Source of the DNA: Octopus sinensis
Lineage: Eukaryota
Direction: 5' to 3'
Length of the DNA: 64,000 bases
Assembly (NCBI RefSeq): GCF_006345805.1
Contig: NC_043006.1
Location: forward strand, 2,852,001-2,916,000
A program made the translations under genes and the position numbers. The notes beneath the pieces were generated by a model. That model had not been told where the DNA came from and ran no database searches. It saw only the letters and a list, made by a program, of their open reading frames with translations. Shown piece after piece: positions 36,110 through 48,965 of the stretch (its first letter is position 1; the number at the start of each line of letters is the position of its first letter).

Positions 36110-37516
36110 ATGGTCCTTACTCTTTTCATTTGTCATTCTTAGCTCAGTACAAAAGTTAATTTTTTAAAAATATCAAAGTTCCTGGTATGCTAATTACTTG
36201 GTAGCTAATACTGAGCAGCCATACTGACAGTAATAATTTCACTTTAGATTATGTTGGAAGTGATAAAATTATTTAATCTATTTCTATTTAGTTTATTATC
36301 TTTATTTCATTGAGCTCTCCATATTTATATAGGTAATGGGATGTCAGGCACGTAACACAACTGATGAAGGGTCATTCTTTATGTTACTTGTCTTGTGTTC
36401 CATTTGTTTCTCTCGTTCACATACCCAAGTTTTCCTTCATATTTCCTGTTGTTTATGTTATGTATGTATATAAACATATATATATATATATTATTTATAT
36501 TATTATATGATTGAACGCCACACATCCATTTCCAAGTAAGTTTATCTATAAATATATATATATATATGTATATATATTATTTATGCTTACCAACCTGAGA
36601 GCCTTTATACAGTTGCTCAACCAGCCAAAAATATTGGAAAACCTCTCTCAAATCATCTTAAAAAAGGGAAGAACACTGCAGATAATGAAGTACTAGACAA
36701 CCCTAAGTAGACGGGATGGTCCTGGTTGGAATACATTTAATCAAAGGTTTGCTTAGTAAGAGTTGATTTGTTTACTAAAGAAGAACAACAAAATATATAC
36801 AAGTTCTTCTGTTACGACTGAATTTTAATCTTGTAAATCTTTTGATTGGAAATTGTTATTCATTATATCCAATATCTTCTACTAATTAATTTAGTTGTCT
36901 ACATCTTGTTCTCTGTGTTTATTAGTTGAAACTTCTATCATGCTCTAATTAAAATACTTGAATTATTGAAAAGCTTCTTTTATAAATATCAACACCAAAC
37001 TTGTATCTCTGTGAATGTCAGCTATGGAATTTTAAACTATGGTTAGCCATTCTTTTTGTTGATGCAAACTATACAGAAATGAAAACTTAGGAATTATTGT
37101 AATATCTTGTTTAAAAGGGTTTATTTATATTTAAGAAATTCTGTGTTTGATAAGATTGGATTGAGTTTCAGTATTTTTTTCCGTTTGGTTTTTGAATGTC
37201 TATAACACAAAGACCTCCAACTCTCAATTTCGCATTTGGTCTTTGGAACTAATTCAGAATTCATGCCACTCTTTGCTTTATTATTGAAACTGTAAACTAA
37301 GCTGTAAATCAGTACAAACCTATTAAATTTGGTTGTAATGAAATTCTGACTCTCATCCGTGTTAAACTTTTTTTGGCCCCACTGACTGAGCTTTGAATGG
37401 ATTTTGTCTGAGAGCTTGCATTGTTTTAGAATTTCATGTGATAAAACACAGCTGTAATTTTGATCAAATATAGATTCTTTCAATTTTCTCCCATTCTGTT
37501 TCCCTATTAACCCTTC

Positions 37517-37563
<47 letters not shown>

Positions 37564-37851
37564 AATAGTTACCATAATCCAAATGAACTATTATTAATCT
37601 TAGGTTTTTCATAATAACAATACCAGTATTCCAAACGGTCAAAATATTACAAATGCTGAATGTTGCCCTTATATATTTTGTAGCTATAACGAATCTTTAA
37701 TAATTACCATTTAGAAATTTTGGATCAAGTTAGTTTTTGCTTCTGGCATTTGTTAGCAATGTTACAAGGCAACACCTGATAATGTCTGGAATTATTGAGT
37801 AAATTACTGACCAGAATTAAAGAGGCCATGACTGATACTGTTATGATGGAT

Positions 37852-38055
37852 ACTAAATGGACAGAGACCATCACTGATATCTGTATACAGTAAATATTGA
37901 ATGGTCAGTGACTATTGTGGACGTCTGTATAGTGGACACTGAATGGACAGAGACCATCAGTGATATTTGTATAGGAGATAGTGAATGGACAAAGACTGGC
38001 AAGGATATCTTTATAGTAGATTTTGAATGGACAGAGACCATCATTGGTTTCTATA
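37852..38055. repeat. Degenerate 42-bp tandem repeat, ~5 units
   Basis: Units recur around gaatggacagagaccatca..gatat.tgtatag at 42-nt spacing; the first unit is 44 nt. Confidence 0.85.
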
Positions 38056-38419
38056 ATAAAAAATAAAGTCTCTGCTTCAAGCCTACAAGCTCATTAGGCT
38101 GACACATTTCCCGTCTTTCAAAGTATATCAGTAACTGAGAGCACAGTACTTCTCCCTGCTTGGGGGTGTCTGCTTTTTCATAGGTTGACCTGCTGGCTGC
38201 TGCTGCTGCTGCTCTGAACTAATTTCAGTTGAGCAGAGAGATATGAAATGAAGTACCTTGCTCAAGGAAGTTGTGAGCTGACTGAGCATTTGAAGGCCTG
38301 ATCTTACAACTATGCACCTTCGTCACTCTCCAAATGTCACCACACATTTTGCCACGCTTGCGTGAGTGTTTGTCATTTCTCTGGTGAAATGCAACATCTT
38401 GGGACAAGTCTTCACTATT

Positions 38420-38790
38420 TTATCCTAACTCTTCGTCAGCCTTTCTTCTTTCACAGGTCCCAGCCTCCTTGAGCACTCAGCACTTCCTTACACTGCTCCC
38501 CTCCCCCATATGCATTGCATCTCCATACCAGCTCAGTCGTTTCTTTTGCACACCACATTTCATCTGATTGTTTCTTTTAGATCCAGTTTTTCTCTCAGCT
38601 CATTGTTTGTGCTCTCTAACTTCACACAATCAGCGGAGCAGTCTCACTTGGTTTCTTTCTGGTCATTGCAAATCTTCTGCATTCAGGGCCCCCATCTACT
38701 GCCATGCAGCATTGCACTCCATACACAAATATCTTGCAATCTGCTTTTTACTCTGGAGAAGAATCCCTTTATTGCAAGCAGAGGTATTAA
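38420..38790 (-). mobile_element. RTE LINE fragment (RT C-terminal; same family as 9.9-10.7 kb)
   Basis: Minus frame ...GALNAEDLQ*PERNQVRLLR*LCEV...KCGVQKKRLSWYGDAMHM. Confidence 0.75.
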
Positions 38791-39291
38791 TGGCACTTTA
38801 AGCTTTTTCCAACCCATTTTCACTCACACACAGAAATACAAACAGTGTGTAAGCCATTTTAAGCTCCTTAGAAAGCAATTTTCAGCTTATTTAAGGAGAG
38901 AGAGTATCTGTGTTCAGGGAGAGGGAGTAAGTGAGAGAGAGAGAGAGGGGGGAAAGGGGTGGTGGTGTTGTTTTAATTGTGTCATTTAAGAAAGCTTTAG
39001 TGTATGTGTTGTTTCTGAGAAAAACCTATATCAATGGTATTATCAGCTCCATTGATACATAGAAATATTTGATAAAAACAACTTTTTCTCTTTTTTATTT
39101 GTCAAGGAAAACTTTAAAGTTTTCTTATCAGATAAAATGTCTTTCCATTTCCCTGAATATTAGTGACTTCAATGATAAGTGGTCAGTACATTTCTTGAAC
39201 ATTAATCTTTTGAAAAGTTTACTCCATTCTCACTAAATAGATACAAAGTGTGTGTGTGAGTTGTACAAACACATTTTCTTGCCATCTAAAC

Positions 39292-39539
39292 CGGTGGCTC
39301 TCAACCGGGGTCCATGTGGCCCTTGGGGGTCCACATAAGATTTTGTTAAAATTTATGTGCAATAAATTTATTACACTTCTACAATATTTTAACAATTTTT
39401 TTGTTATAAAATTCTTAATAATATTTAAGTATAAGAATATATAATAGGATGTTTTTAAACATCAAATAGCTATGAGAGTTCGGTAGAATAAAATAGGAAT
39501 CAAGGGGTTCCATGGGCAAAATATGGTTGAGAACCACTG
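39292..39539. mobile_element. hAT (Charlie-type) MITE
   Basis: TIRs cggtggctctcaacc / ggttgagaaccactg (CAGTGGTTCTCAACC-type). 8-bp TSD atctaaac / atctaagc. Confidence 0.85.
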
Positions 39540-39689
39540 ATCTAAGCAACCATGCATGGTAGGAAACGCAGGGAAGAGATGGATCATCAAATAAATAAAT
39601 ATGACTTCTTGTGTTGAGTACTCATTCTTCTGTTAGTAACCCCAGACATATATGTATATTGTCCATCGTCCAAAATGCTACAGTCTATG

Positions 39690-40225
39690 TCCAAAATAGT
39701 TGACAGCAATCATTTTAGCATGGCTGGTGATTTCAACAGACATGTTGGACAGCATTACAATGACTTCTCTGGCGTTTGGGATGGATTTGGTTATTGTACA
39801 GGGAATGAAGAATGATCAGGGTTCTGTCAGTTCTGTGATGCAAAAGACCTAACCATTTGCAGCACCAATTTCAGGAAATTGGTGGTCTGTTGCCTGATTA
39901 TTTATCAATCAAGTTAACAGAGGATACTAGACTTGTTATCAGGAAATGCGATGGTTTCCTGGTGAAGAGTGTGACACTCAACATAGAATCCTGGTTAGTA
40001 ATTTCAGGTTAAGAGCGAGACAGTCTGGAGAAGGAGAAAATGAATGCTGAAGGAACTTTCAGCCAATGACAGGTTTTGACAGGTAATTTATTGATGCATC
40101 TTATGAGAGAGAAGAAAAAAAGATACAGACATGGAGCCTGAAGACAACTGTGAGTCCTTGCTTGATAACCTACTGATGGCACTTGGCTGAATTGCTGGCT
40201 GGAACAATGGCACACCCCCTAAAAA
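39690..40225 (+). mobile_element. RTE LINE apurinic endonuclease fragment
   Basis: AGDFNRHVGQH..GFGYCTGNEE*SGFCQFCDAKDLTICSTNFRK..LIIYQS and FPGEECDTQHRILVSNFRLR, which are the APE GDFN and (SD/Q)H motifs. Confidence 0.85.
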
Positions 40226-40519
40226 CGAAGAGTGACATGGTGGTGAACAGCTCTATAGATAGAGCTAAGGGATCAGGTTGATAAAAAAGAAACTGAAAGA
40301 AAGGGCATAGCAAGGAGCAAGAAGAGAAGCTGGCCCTCAGCTAGAGGAAAAGATGAAAGGAAGAAGATAAGAGGTGTGTGGGATTCCACATTGCAAGCTA
40401 GTGTCCTAGGGAAAGACCTGGTAACTTTCCTACTTCCCTATCTACCCTACTGCTGTTAATTCGAATAGCTCTTCCCTCTGTTGGGGGGGGGGCACTTTAT
40501 CCTATGTATTCTCATTCAA

Positions 40520-41100
40520 CAAGCTCTTATAATAGTACTTCCCTGCCTTTTTCCTTACTGAATGACTAAGAGCATGTATCCTGTTATCATTTTGTGCATA
40601 CTTCTCTTCTACCCTTTCTTGATTCTGTCTGCTACACTGCCTTGTAATCTGGAACATCTTCCATCTTTGATTCTCATGTTGCAGAACATATGCAAACCTT
40701 TCCCAGTTTCTCTCTTTACTAATTATGCCTCATGCCTACATGGCATTGCCTTTATAAGGCCCTCCTTTCTGGTTTATGCATTAAGTAGTGATTTCATGAA
40801 CCTACAAAAAATGGTCAGTAAGTCGTTGACCTTTGTTATCTTCCTACTTGAGAATATCTTATGTATATCTCTAGCTCTGTCAAGTCTTGTCCTCAATTCA
40901 GTAAACACTATTGTATGTTGGTTTACATTCTTTACCAGGGTAAGACTTAACATTCACAACCATCGATCTATCCATTCTTCTGTTTGGTATGAAATTAATC
41001 TGGTTTGAGTGTTTTCCTGGCTTGTAAAGGATCAGGGAGTTGGCCAATTTCCGGACATTGCTTCTGCAAATTGTTAGATAATTAACATCACAGAACTCCA
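40520..41100 (-). mobile_element. Decayed CR1/L2-like LINE (end of endonuclease plus linker)
   Basis: Minus frames with TRLDRARDIHKIFS (cf. PTR..LDLIF), TDHF (cf. SDH) and a basic linker RWKMFQITR. The + ORF 40562-41008 is its antisense. Weak. Confidence 0.4.
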
Positions 41101-41524
41101 AATGCCTTGACCCCTTTTCATTCTTTGTACCACACCCACAGCCTCCATGTATTCCTTAGAAGTTACCATGGTGTTGCTCTACATGTATGTTCAAAATACT
41201 ACATGTGATAATGAAACAACTGTCATTCATCATTAAGGTGATTAGCCTTTCTGTTCATTTGCCAGTCTCAGTTGTGATGCAGGTGTTGAGGTAATTATCG
41301 CTGTTGTATTGTCCACGAAAGACTCGCCCAAATTTTATTAAGTCACACTCACTGACCACTCTGACTACTTTATCTTCTCCTTTCTTTGCCAACAATATGG
41401 GTGGCTACCAGCACTCCGTTGCTCTGCTGCCCACCCAGAAGAGTTGGTACCTGTGTTCCTTGACTGTGAGAAGTCTGGCCAAGGCTCCTCACCAGCTCTG
41501 TGTGTGTGTGTGTGTGTGTGTGTA

Positions 41525-41895
41525 TCATTTATTTGTTTCAGTCATTAGACTGAGGCTGTGCTGGGGTACTGCTTTAGGGAATTTTAGTTGAACTAATTGA
41601 CCCCAATACTAGTTTTCTTTTTAAGTCTGGTACTTATTCTCTTGGTCTTTTTGCCAAACTGCTAAGTTACAGGGTTGTAAGCACACCTATATCAGTTGCC
41701 AAGCAGTGATGGGGCTAAGCGTGCACACACACACACAACAGGCTTCTTTCAGTTTCTGTCTACCAAATCCACTCACAAAGCTTTGGTCAAACTGAGGCTA
41801 TAGGAGAAGACACTTTCCCAAGGTGCCACACAGTGGGATCAAACCCAGAACCATGTGGTTGGGAAGTAAACTTCTTACCACACAGCCATGCCTAT
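41525..41895 (-). mobile_element. SINE family A
   Basis: atttgtttcagtcattagactgaggctgtgctgggg...ctaccaaatccactcacaaagc...ccaaggtgccacacagtgggatc...cttaccacacagccatgcct. Confidence 0.9.
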
Positions 41896-42123
41896 ATATA
41901 TATATATATATATATATACATACATGAAATTTGTTTTTCATTAGCTGAAATATTGGCTTACTGAGTTCCCGAATGAAAAGGCAATTGTAATGTTCGTTAA
42001 AGACTGAAAAATGTGCTGAATCTTTTAACGTCCATTCCTGTTAATGGATTTCACTCATAACCATTTATGAATTAATCATAAGAGTAGTGAAGATCTTGAG
42101 CATCTCGTACTTGCAAGGTGGCA

Positions 42124-42365
42124 ACACATGGCTGAGTGGTTTGGGTGTTGGACTCCTCATTGTAAGATTGTGGTTTCAGTTCCTGAACCAGGCAATATGT
42201 TGTGTTCTTGAGCAAAACACTTCATTTCACGTTGCTCCAATCCATTCAGCTGGCAAAAGTGAGTAATCCTACAATGGACTGTGGTCCCATCCAGGTAGGG
42301 AATATATACATCATGAAACTGGGAAACCACCCCTTATGGTTTGGCATGATTCAAGAAGGTAGCTT
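42124..42365 (+). mobile_element. SINE family C variant
   Basis: acacatggctgagtggtttgggtgttggactc..tgttgtgttcttgagcaaaacacttcatttcacgttgctcc. Confidence 0.85.
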
Positions 42366-42715
42366 TACCTTTTACTTTCTCCATATTTGCAAGATCTTAT
42401 TTTTTTTTGTTTTTTTCTTTTGCATGTGTTGTGAGGGATAACTTTGATGAGAATAGTAAGAATTATCTAAAATTATAGTTACCACTTTAGCACAAATAAG
42501 TCCAAAGACCTAGTTTTCAGTGATGCTACGTTTTAGTTTTTATTTTATTTTATTAGCTTCCTGGTGTTTTGTTGTTTCTACATTTTGAGAGATGGTGGTG
42601 GTGGTGGTGGTGGTGGTGGGTGAAGAACTGCATAGTTTGAACAGGTTTTATTAAGAAACCCATTAATCACGGTTGATTGCAATTAGAGAAATTAATTTTT
42701 GTCTATTATTATTAT

Positions 42716-43115
42716 AGGCATAGTCAAGGTTGTGTGGTAAGAAGATTGGTTCCCAACCTCATAGTTCTGGGTTCAGTTCCACTACATGGCACCTTGGGCA
42801 AGTGTCTTCTCCTATAGCATCAGGCCTTGTGAGTGGTAGATGGAAACTGAAAGAAGCCTGTCATATATCTGTATGTGTGTGTCTGTGTGTGTATCTTTGT
42901 GTCTGTGTTTGTCCACACCACGATTGGATAACCAGTGTTGGTCTGTTTACATCCCCATAACTTAGCGGTTTGGCAAAATATACTGATAGAATAAATACCA
43001 GGCTTAAAACAAAAAAGAAAAAAAGGTGTACAAGTTGTTGGTTCAATTCATTCAACTAAAATTTCAAGATGGTATTCCAGTAAGGCTGCAGTTTAAGAAC
43101 TGAAGCAAGTAAAAG
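42716..43115 (+). mobile_element. SINE family A
   Basis: ggttgtgtggtaagaagattggttcccaacc..ggcaccttgggcaagtgtcttctcctatagc..ggaaactgaaagaagcc..cataacttagcggtttggcaaa. Confidence 0.9.
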
Positions 43116-43169
43116 ATAAGATATATATATATATATATATATATATTGCCTGGCATTGCTCGGATTTGT

Positions 43170-43516
43170 TTCAACCCTTTAGAATTGGAATTTTTGAAAA
43201 GTAAAAATTTTGCATTATGTAGCTTGTTATTCTCTTTAAGTGAACATTTTTTCTGGTTGAAATACACCGAAAAATGGCAACACAGCAGTAAAAAAATCGT
43301 AATAAATAGGGATTTTCATAGAAAAAAAAAAACACCTTTTTGATGTAAATAATTTTTGGTGTTAGCATAGTCCGATTTGAATTTTTTTCTTCTACGGAAG
43401 GAAGAGCAAGCCTTCTTCTATCATACTTTCAATTTTGGTCAACTTGCGCCGCAGGGTCTCGGAAGAGATAGTCTTAGTTGAAGGCTACCAAACCTGCCAT
43501 ATACAGACAACTTCAG

Positions 43517-43520
<4 letters not shown>
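43170..43520. mobile_element. Interspersed non-autonomous element ending cagacaacttcagcttt(ta)n; possibly Helitron/Helentron-type
   Basis: CpG-containing block ending in a microsatellite-associated terminus reminiscent of rolling-circle HINE elements. Class assignment is inference. Confidence 0.3.
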
Positions 43521-43586
<66 letters not shown>

Positions 43587-43592
43587 TATATA
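43519..43592. repeat. (TA)n microsatellite
   Basis: Direct reading. Confidence 0.95.
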
Positions 43593-44221
43593 TTGCTATG
43601 TTGCTTTCCTTCTTTGTCTCCTCTTGCAAAATATTAGTAAATATTACAATAGCAGCAGCAGCAGCAGCGGCAGCAAAACGCAAGAGGTGTTAGGAAAGTA
43701 TTTTGAAACCACTACATATTTGGTTGCTAGCTGGAATTCTTAATTTTTGGAAAGCTACTTGACTGACATATTTCAACTGGGTCAAAGGCTAGATCAACAG
43801 CTGTGTACTACCCAGCTCCCCTGCTCTCCACCCAGCCCACCCCTGCTGCTCTCTTGCAAATATTTTCTGAGTGCTGCCTCTTTAGAATATATTATAGAAT
43901 CATTTCCTGTGTATTAGATCTGAAATATGCATTGAAGAATGATTAACATGGAGAATTTAGTATGCATTCTCTGTTTAGCTTTTTCTAAACTCCTTTGTTG
44001 TTCCACAGTGAAAATTAAAAGAGTTTCTTCTTTGTCATCTTGATATCTTCCAAAATTCCAAATAAATTTCTTTTCAGTTAAGGAACAACCGATTTCACTA
44101 CCATTTCTAACAGATTTCTTGTGAACAGACTTTTTTTGCTAATCAAACAAGTAGAGTAGAAGTTCACTGTGCTAAAATCCAAAATTACTTGCAGATTTTT
44201 AAAAATTAATTTCTGAGATCA

Positions 44222-44615
44222 TAGGTGCAGGCATGGCTGCGTGTTAAGAAGTTTGCAACCACATAGTTCCAAGTTCAGTCCCACTGTGTGGCACCTTGGG
44301 GAAGTAAGTGTCTTCTACTATAGTATAGAGCCACTGAAAGCCTTGTTAGTGGATTTGGTGGACAGAAACTGAAAGAAGCCCGTGTGTGTCTTTGTCTGAT
44401 AGAAACTGAAAGAAGTCTGTTGTGCATGTGTTTGCCCCCCCCCCCCACTGCTTGACAACTGATGTTGACTTGTTTATATCCTCATGACTTAGCGGTTTGA
44501 CAAAAGAGTTTGATACCAGGCTTTAAAACAGAAAAAGTCCTGGGGTTGATTCACTCAACTAAAAATTCTTCAAGGCATTGCCCCAGCATGGCCGCAATCC
44601 AATGACTGGCACAAG
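44222..44615 (+). mobile_element. SINE family A
   Basis: aggtgcaggcatggctgcgtgttaagaagtttgc..gtggcaccttggggaag..gaaactgaaagaagccc..cccagcatggccgcaatccaatgactg. Confidence 0.9.
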
Positions 44616-45978
44616 TCTCTGTCAGCCTTTTTTCCAGTCTATCCATCAGTCATTTGAATTTGTCTGTGTGTCTGTCTGTCCAAATAAACACCCACTGAGC
44701 CATTACCTTATTCGCTCTCTTACCGAGAAGGTTTTGTTATACTGATTTTGAGAAGTAGCTCACAAACCGTCCTCTTACTGCCACCCATGCCAACTTGGAA
44801 GGCAGATGTTAAATGATGGTGATGATGATGATGATGATGACTGCATCCTTCACTTGGAGTGGAAAAGTGACTGCAGTCAATTTGGTACAGTACTTTTGTC
44901 ATTGAAAGATTTGGTAGTGTACAATTTGGCACAAAAGGCAGATGTGGGCATACATGCATGCACACACACACACACACGTGCGGAGAGAGATTAAAATGTA
45001 TTGAAATGAAAATGAAATAATATGGCGTTATCAGTTATCTCCCTTCTCATCACATATTCCAATTGATTATAAATACACATTGAAAGGTTATTATTGTTGA
45101 TAAAAGTAAAGGTTATTTATGTTAATATAGTGATAAGCCTTACTTTATTCAGTTTTTCATTCAGCTTTTGTGGGTCATGCTCACTGAGTAAAACTCAGTT
45201 TCTTGTGTTGAATAAAATGAGATTTTCTCAGTGTCAAAACATCCCAGTGTCAAATGAGTTCTGAACTAACATCAGTAGCATCAAATCACTGGTGCCAAAA
45301 TATCCCCAATCCACCACTATTTGTCAAAAATATAGATGTAGAAACACTGTGGAAACGGAGTAGTTGCCATTTTCTCTCTCTCTCTCTCTCTCTCTCTCTA
45401 GTATAATAGTATAGAAATAGAGAATGAGACTCAAACATCAAGAAAGAAGTAGAGAAAGAAGGAAGAGAGCTATGGTGATGACAGTAGCAGTACATTTGTA
45501 TGGCATCATACTCTCTGTCTTTCTTTGTCCACTAGTATCTCTAACTTTTCTGCCTTTCTCACTTCTGCTTCTCTGTAACGTAGTGGAATAGAGAGTGTTT
45601 GGAACAAGAGACACATCAAAAGAGATAGCTAGATAGATAGATAGACAGACAGAGAGAGAGCGAGAGAGAGAGAGAGAAAGAAGAATGAAGATTATGGGAG
45701 ACAACAGGCTCCAACTTTTGCAGTTTTTTTTTTTTTTTGCTTTGTATTAAGATTTTTCCTCATTACTTAAATTAAAGATTGTATGAAAGAATTGCTGGTT
45801 TATATTAACAGCAACATTAAATAACACACTAATATACATTAATATAATATTGGTTTATAAATTCCCAGTGATGTGTATTTGGAGGGATTCCATGGACCAA
45901 TCATCCTTCCATGTACTTCATCTAATGGCATGTGTATAAGTATGGTTAACAGTTCAGAAGAAAAACCCACATACCAAG

Positions 45979-45984
<6 letters not shown>

Positions 45985-46056
<72 letters not shown>
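45985..46056. repeat. (TA)n microsatellite
   Basis: Direct reading. Confidence 0.95.
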
Positions 46057-46059
<3 letters not shown>

Positions 46060-46559
46060 CTTGTGTATAAGTACAAAATTCTTTTCCCTTCATATTCAAA
46101 TTTGATATCAGCTTTGCCCCACGTATAAGCCACACCTCAGGTTTTTCAGTTAAAATCAAGTATAAAATAACGCAACTTGTACCTGAATAAATATGTACAC
46201 ACACACAATCTTATATGTATGTATAATCTTCACAAAGAAAGTTCAGATGGGAAGGATTACCATAGTCAAAGACATGACAGTGCTAGCAGCATGAGAAACA
46301 GGTTGTACTGATGATGTGATCCAAGATGATCCAGCCAGATCAATAAGCTTTCCAGATGCTTGTCCCTTCCTTTTATTTATATAAAGGTGTGTAATTTCAA
46401 GTATTATTATTTTCATTTTTATATTTTCACTTCCTGTATTATGTGATATAAGTTACATCAATATATATTAAGATAAAACACCAAATATGTCCTAAATTTT
46501 GGTAAACAATGTTTTAAATTTCCATCAGTGTTTTTGTTTAATATAATAGCTTACATAAT

Positions 46560-48600
46560 TGATCATCACTTTTTAAAGAAGATTCTCAAACACAAGCGCT
46601 TTCGAAGAAGCTGGTTGCAAGATCTTTCTGAGATCTTGGATTTTTATTCCAACTTTTAATTTTACTCACCAATGTTATACCATTGATAGAAGAGCGTCTA
46701 AGCAGCAGATGTTAAGAACATGACTTCCAACATCCGACTTCAAGCAGTCAGCTGAGATCATTAATTTCACCTTAAACCATTGATATTCTCTGATCAATCA
46801 TCCATATCATCTTAATGGTCCATTTAATCAGGTCCCCTTAATATTGATTTTCCTTCCTCTGTGGATTAGAATATTCCATAATATTTTACCTTATCAAATG
46901 TTACCTTATCATTCTGAAGTATGCCTTATATTATCACTTTTCTTTTGGTATTTCGAAATGCTGGTAAAATTTCCATCATACAAGAGCCCTAATTTTGTCA
47001 TGCCTGAAGATTTATTTTTTTGTGGATAAGTCTAGGTACTCAGTGACAATGTGGTTAATTTTATCTTCCCAATTTGCACATATGATGCAGTTACCTAATA
47101 TATTCTCTATGCTGCCATTGCCGAATGTATTTAGCTTTTGGTGGTTTCTTGTAGGAAGGCTTCCTTCTTGTGCTGCTATAAAGAATCTCTCGTGTTTTCA
47201 TGGCTCTTCCTTCTGTACTTACTTGACCTATTTTTAGTCTAACCACTCACCTCTATCCAAATTATACAACCCTCTCTTCTCCCTTAATCTTCTGCACACA
47301 CTTATCATGTCCATTAAAATAGCATAGATACTTCATGCCAAACATGTACTGCTTCTGAGAGTTGACATTTTGAAACTATTCTGAATCCTTCGGATGCATG
47401 CAGTGTGCAGTAATGACGAACACAGACTTGAAACTGTAAATTCGTCTCCTTCCACCTTGTTCAGTTTCTTGAAAAACGTTTTTTTGGGGCAGATATTGCT
47501 ATGTAAGGGCTATTCTTGACATCACCCCAGCATAACATTCTGTACCCATATTTTTGGCTTAGTTTTTACTTTTCCACAACTTCTGTTATTTCTCCTTTTC
47601 TTTATTTAGGGTAGTCAATTCAGCCCCTGTTATGTACTTGTTGGCTTCCTTAAAGTCAGAAAACAGTTTTTATTTTGTGTCTATTTGGTAGCTATTTATA
47701 TCAGCTTCCCATTATTCTTTATTAAATATTTATATAGTTTAGCTGTTGTTATTTTGTAATTTTCTGTATTCATGGTAAATAGATTCTTTCTATTTTGAGA
47801 TTCTGTATGGTGTGTTCTAAGTGCAGTCAATATTTTTCTTGCTTTTCTTGCAAATTTATCTAACATCCAACTGAGAATATTATGGCTGGGTCAGCTAGAG
47901 TATCGATACCTATTACCTTACATTCTTGTATTTAGCTATGTTTTTAATCCATTAGATTTCTTCCTAATCTTTTTTCTCCTCATTTGTGTGTTGTACACTG
48001 TCCACTTCACCTGTTTCTAAGTGTGTGTTTGTGTGTGTTTGTGTTTTGTTGTGTTACTCTTATCTCTGTTTCTTAGATATTGAACAAAATAAATCCTTAT
48101 TAGATATTCTTAATTTTCTTCTCTCTTCAAAGTTGCTATTATGCAGGTCTTAATCTGAATTTTTGATATCCATGTACTATGTGCAGCAGTGTTACTAATT
48201 GTTTGTTAATGCATACAGTTCGAAGTTATCCATATACAAAAGGTGGTAAATTGTTCAACCATATTATTTATATCTGGGTCCAGTCTTGTTTAACATGTTA
48301 GTTAAAAGTCTTAGCAGCTAAAAAGTATGGCGATGAGGTGCTCCTGGAATATTCTTCTAATGGAGAGTGAATTAATCTTTGTATTTCCCTCTGTGATTTG
48401 TATTGGCAGATTGTTTACCGTTTCTCACAGCATGTTTAATGCATCTATTTATTATTGCTACTGTTTCAAGTATCCTTGTGTGACTTTCGGAAAGTTAATC
48501 TGACTTCATGTTTAGGCCCTTATTTCTCTTTCTGCAGATTTTAATTATGACACTGTTAACCAGTAATTGATCTTTACAATTACATGAGATCTGCTGTAAC
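46560..48600 (-). mobile_element. Dong/R4-clade LINE (RT, zinc knuckle, restriction-like endonuclease region), pseudogenised
   Basis: Minus frames: IRRIFQE (cf. RGIFQGD), IYHLLYMDNFELYA (YMDD motif, ~48230), RKARKILTALRTHH..IERIYLP, and IAAQEGSLPTRN..CIICANWEDKINHIVTEY..RHD (CCHC knuckle, cf. FIIAAQDQ.LPTR of R4/Dong). Confidence 0.85.
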
Positions 48601-48699
48601 CATTTTGTTTTTCTAGGGACGTTTTTTTCCTCCTTTTCTCAAGATGTTTGCTATTACTATTCTCCAGATGATGATTATTATTATTATTGTTGTTGTTAT

Positions 48700-48965
48700 T
48701 TGCTGGGCAAAATACGTAGCGGTTTCACCTGTTGCTACATTTTGAGTTCAAATTCTGCTGAGGTCAATTTGTCACTTGTGCTGGCAACACATAAAAGGCA
48801 CCCACTACACCCTTGGAGTGATTGGCATTAGGAAGAGCATCCAGCTGTAGGAACCAAGCCAAATAAGACTGGAGCCTGGTGCAGCTCTCCAGCTTACCAG
48901 TTCCAGCCAAACTGTCCAACCCATGCCAGCATGGAATATTGATGCTAAATGGTGATAATGATGAG
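48700..48965 (+). mobile_element. SINE family B head fused to RTE-type tail
   Basis: gctgggcaaaatacgtagcgg..ttgagttcaaattctgctgaggtcaattt joins directly to gtcacttgtgctggcaacacataaaaggcaccc..gcattaggaagagcatccagc..ccatgccagcatgg..gataatgatg. Confidence 0.75.

Noticed and set aside
36354-36399. Hammerhead-like half motif: aacacaa-CTGATGA...GTC-ttgtgtt (7-bp stem I, GUC triplet)
   Set aside because: There is no GAAA between the core and the cleavage triplet and stem II is weak, so a ribozyme cannot be built. At most a decayed Penelope LTR relic.
37121-37483. 120-codon non-repetitive minus-strand ORF
   Set aside because: TTG start, no recognisable motif, antisense to the inferred host gene. 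Roughly one ORF this long is expected by chance in six frames of 64 kb.
40562-41008. 148-aa hydrophobic ORF resembling a membrane protein
   Set aside because: Antisense of an A-rich LINE linker, which yields Leu/Phe/Ser-rich pseudo-TM sequence.
46295-46360. CTGATGA followed by a tgatc/gatca stem and aagctt
   Set aside because: GAAA is absent (ataa) and no stem I partner was found.
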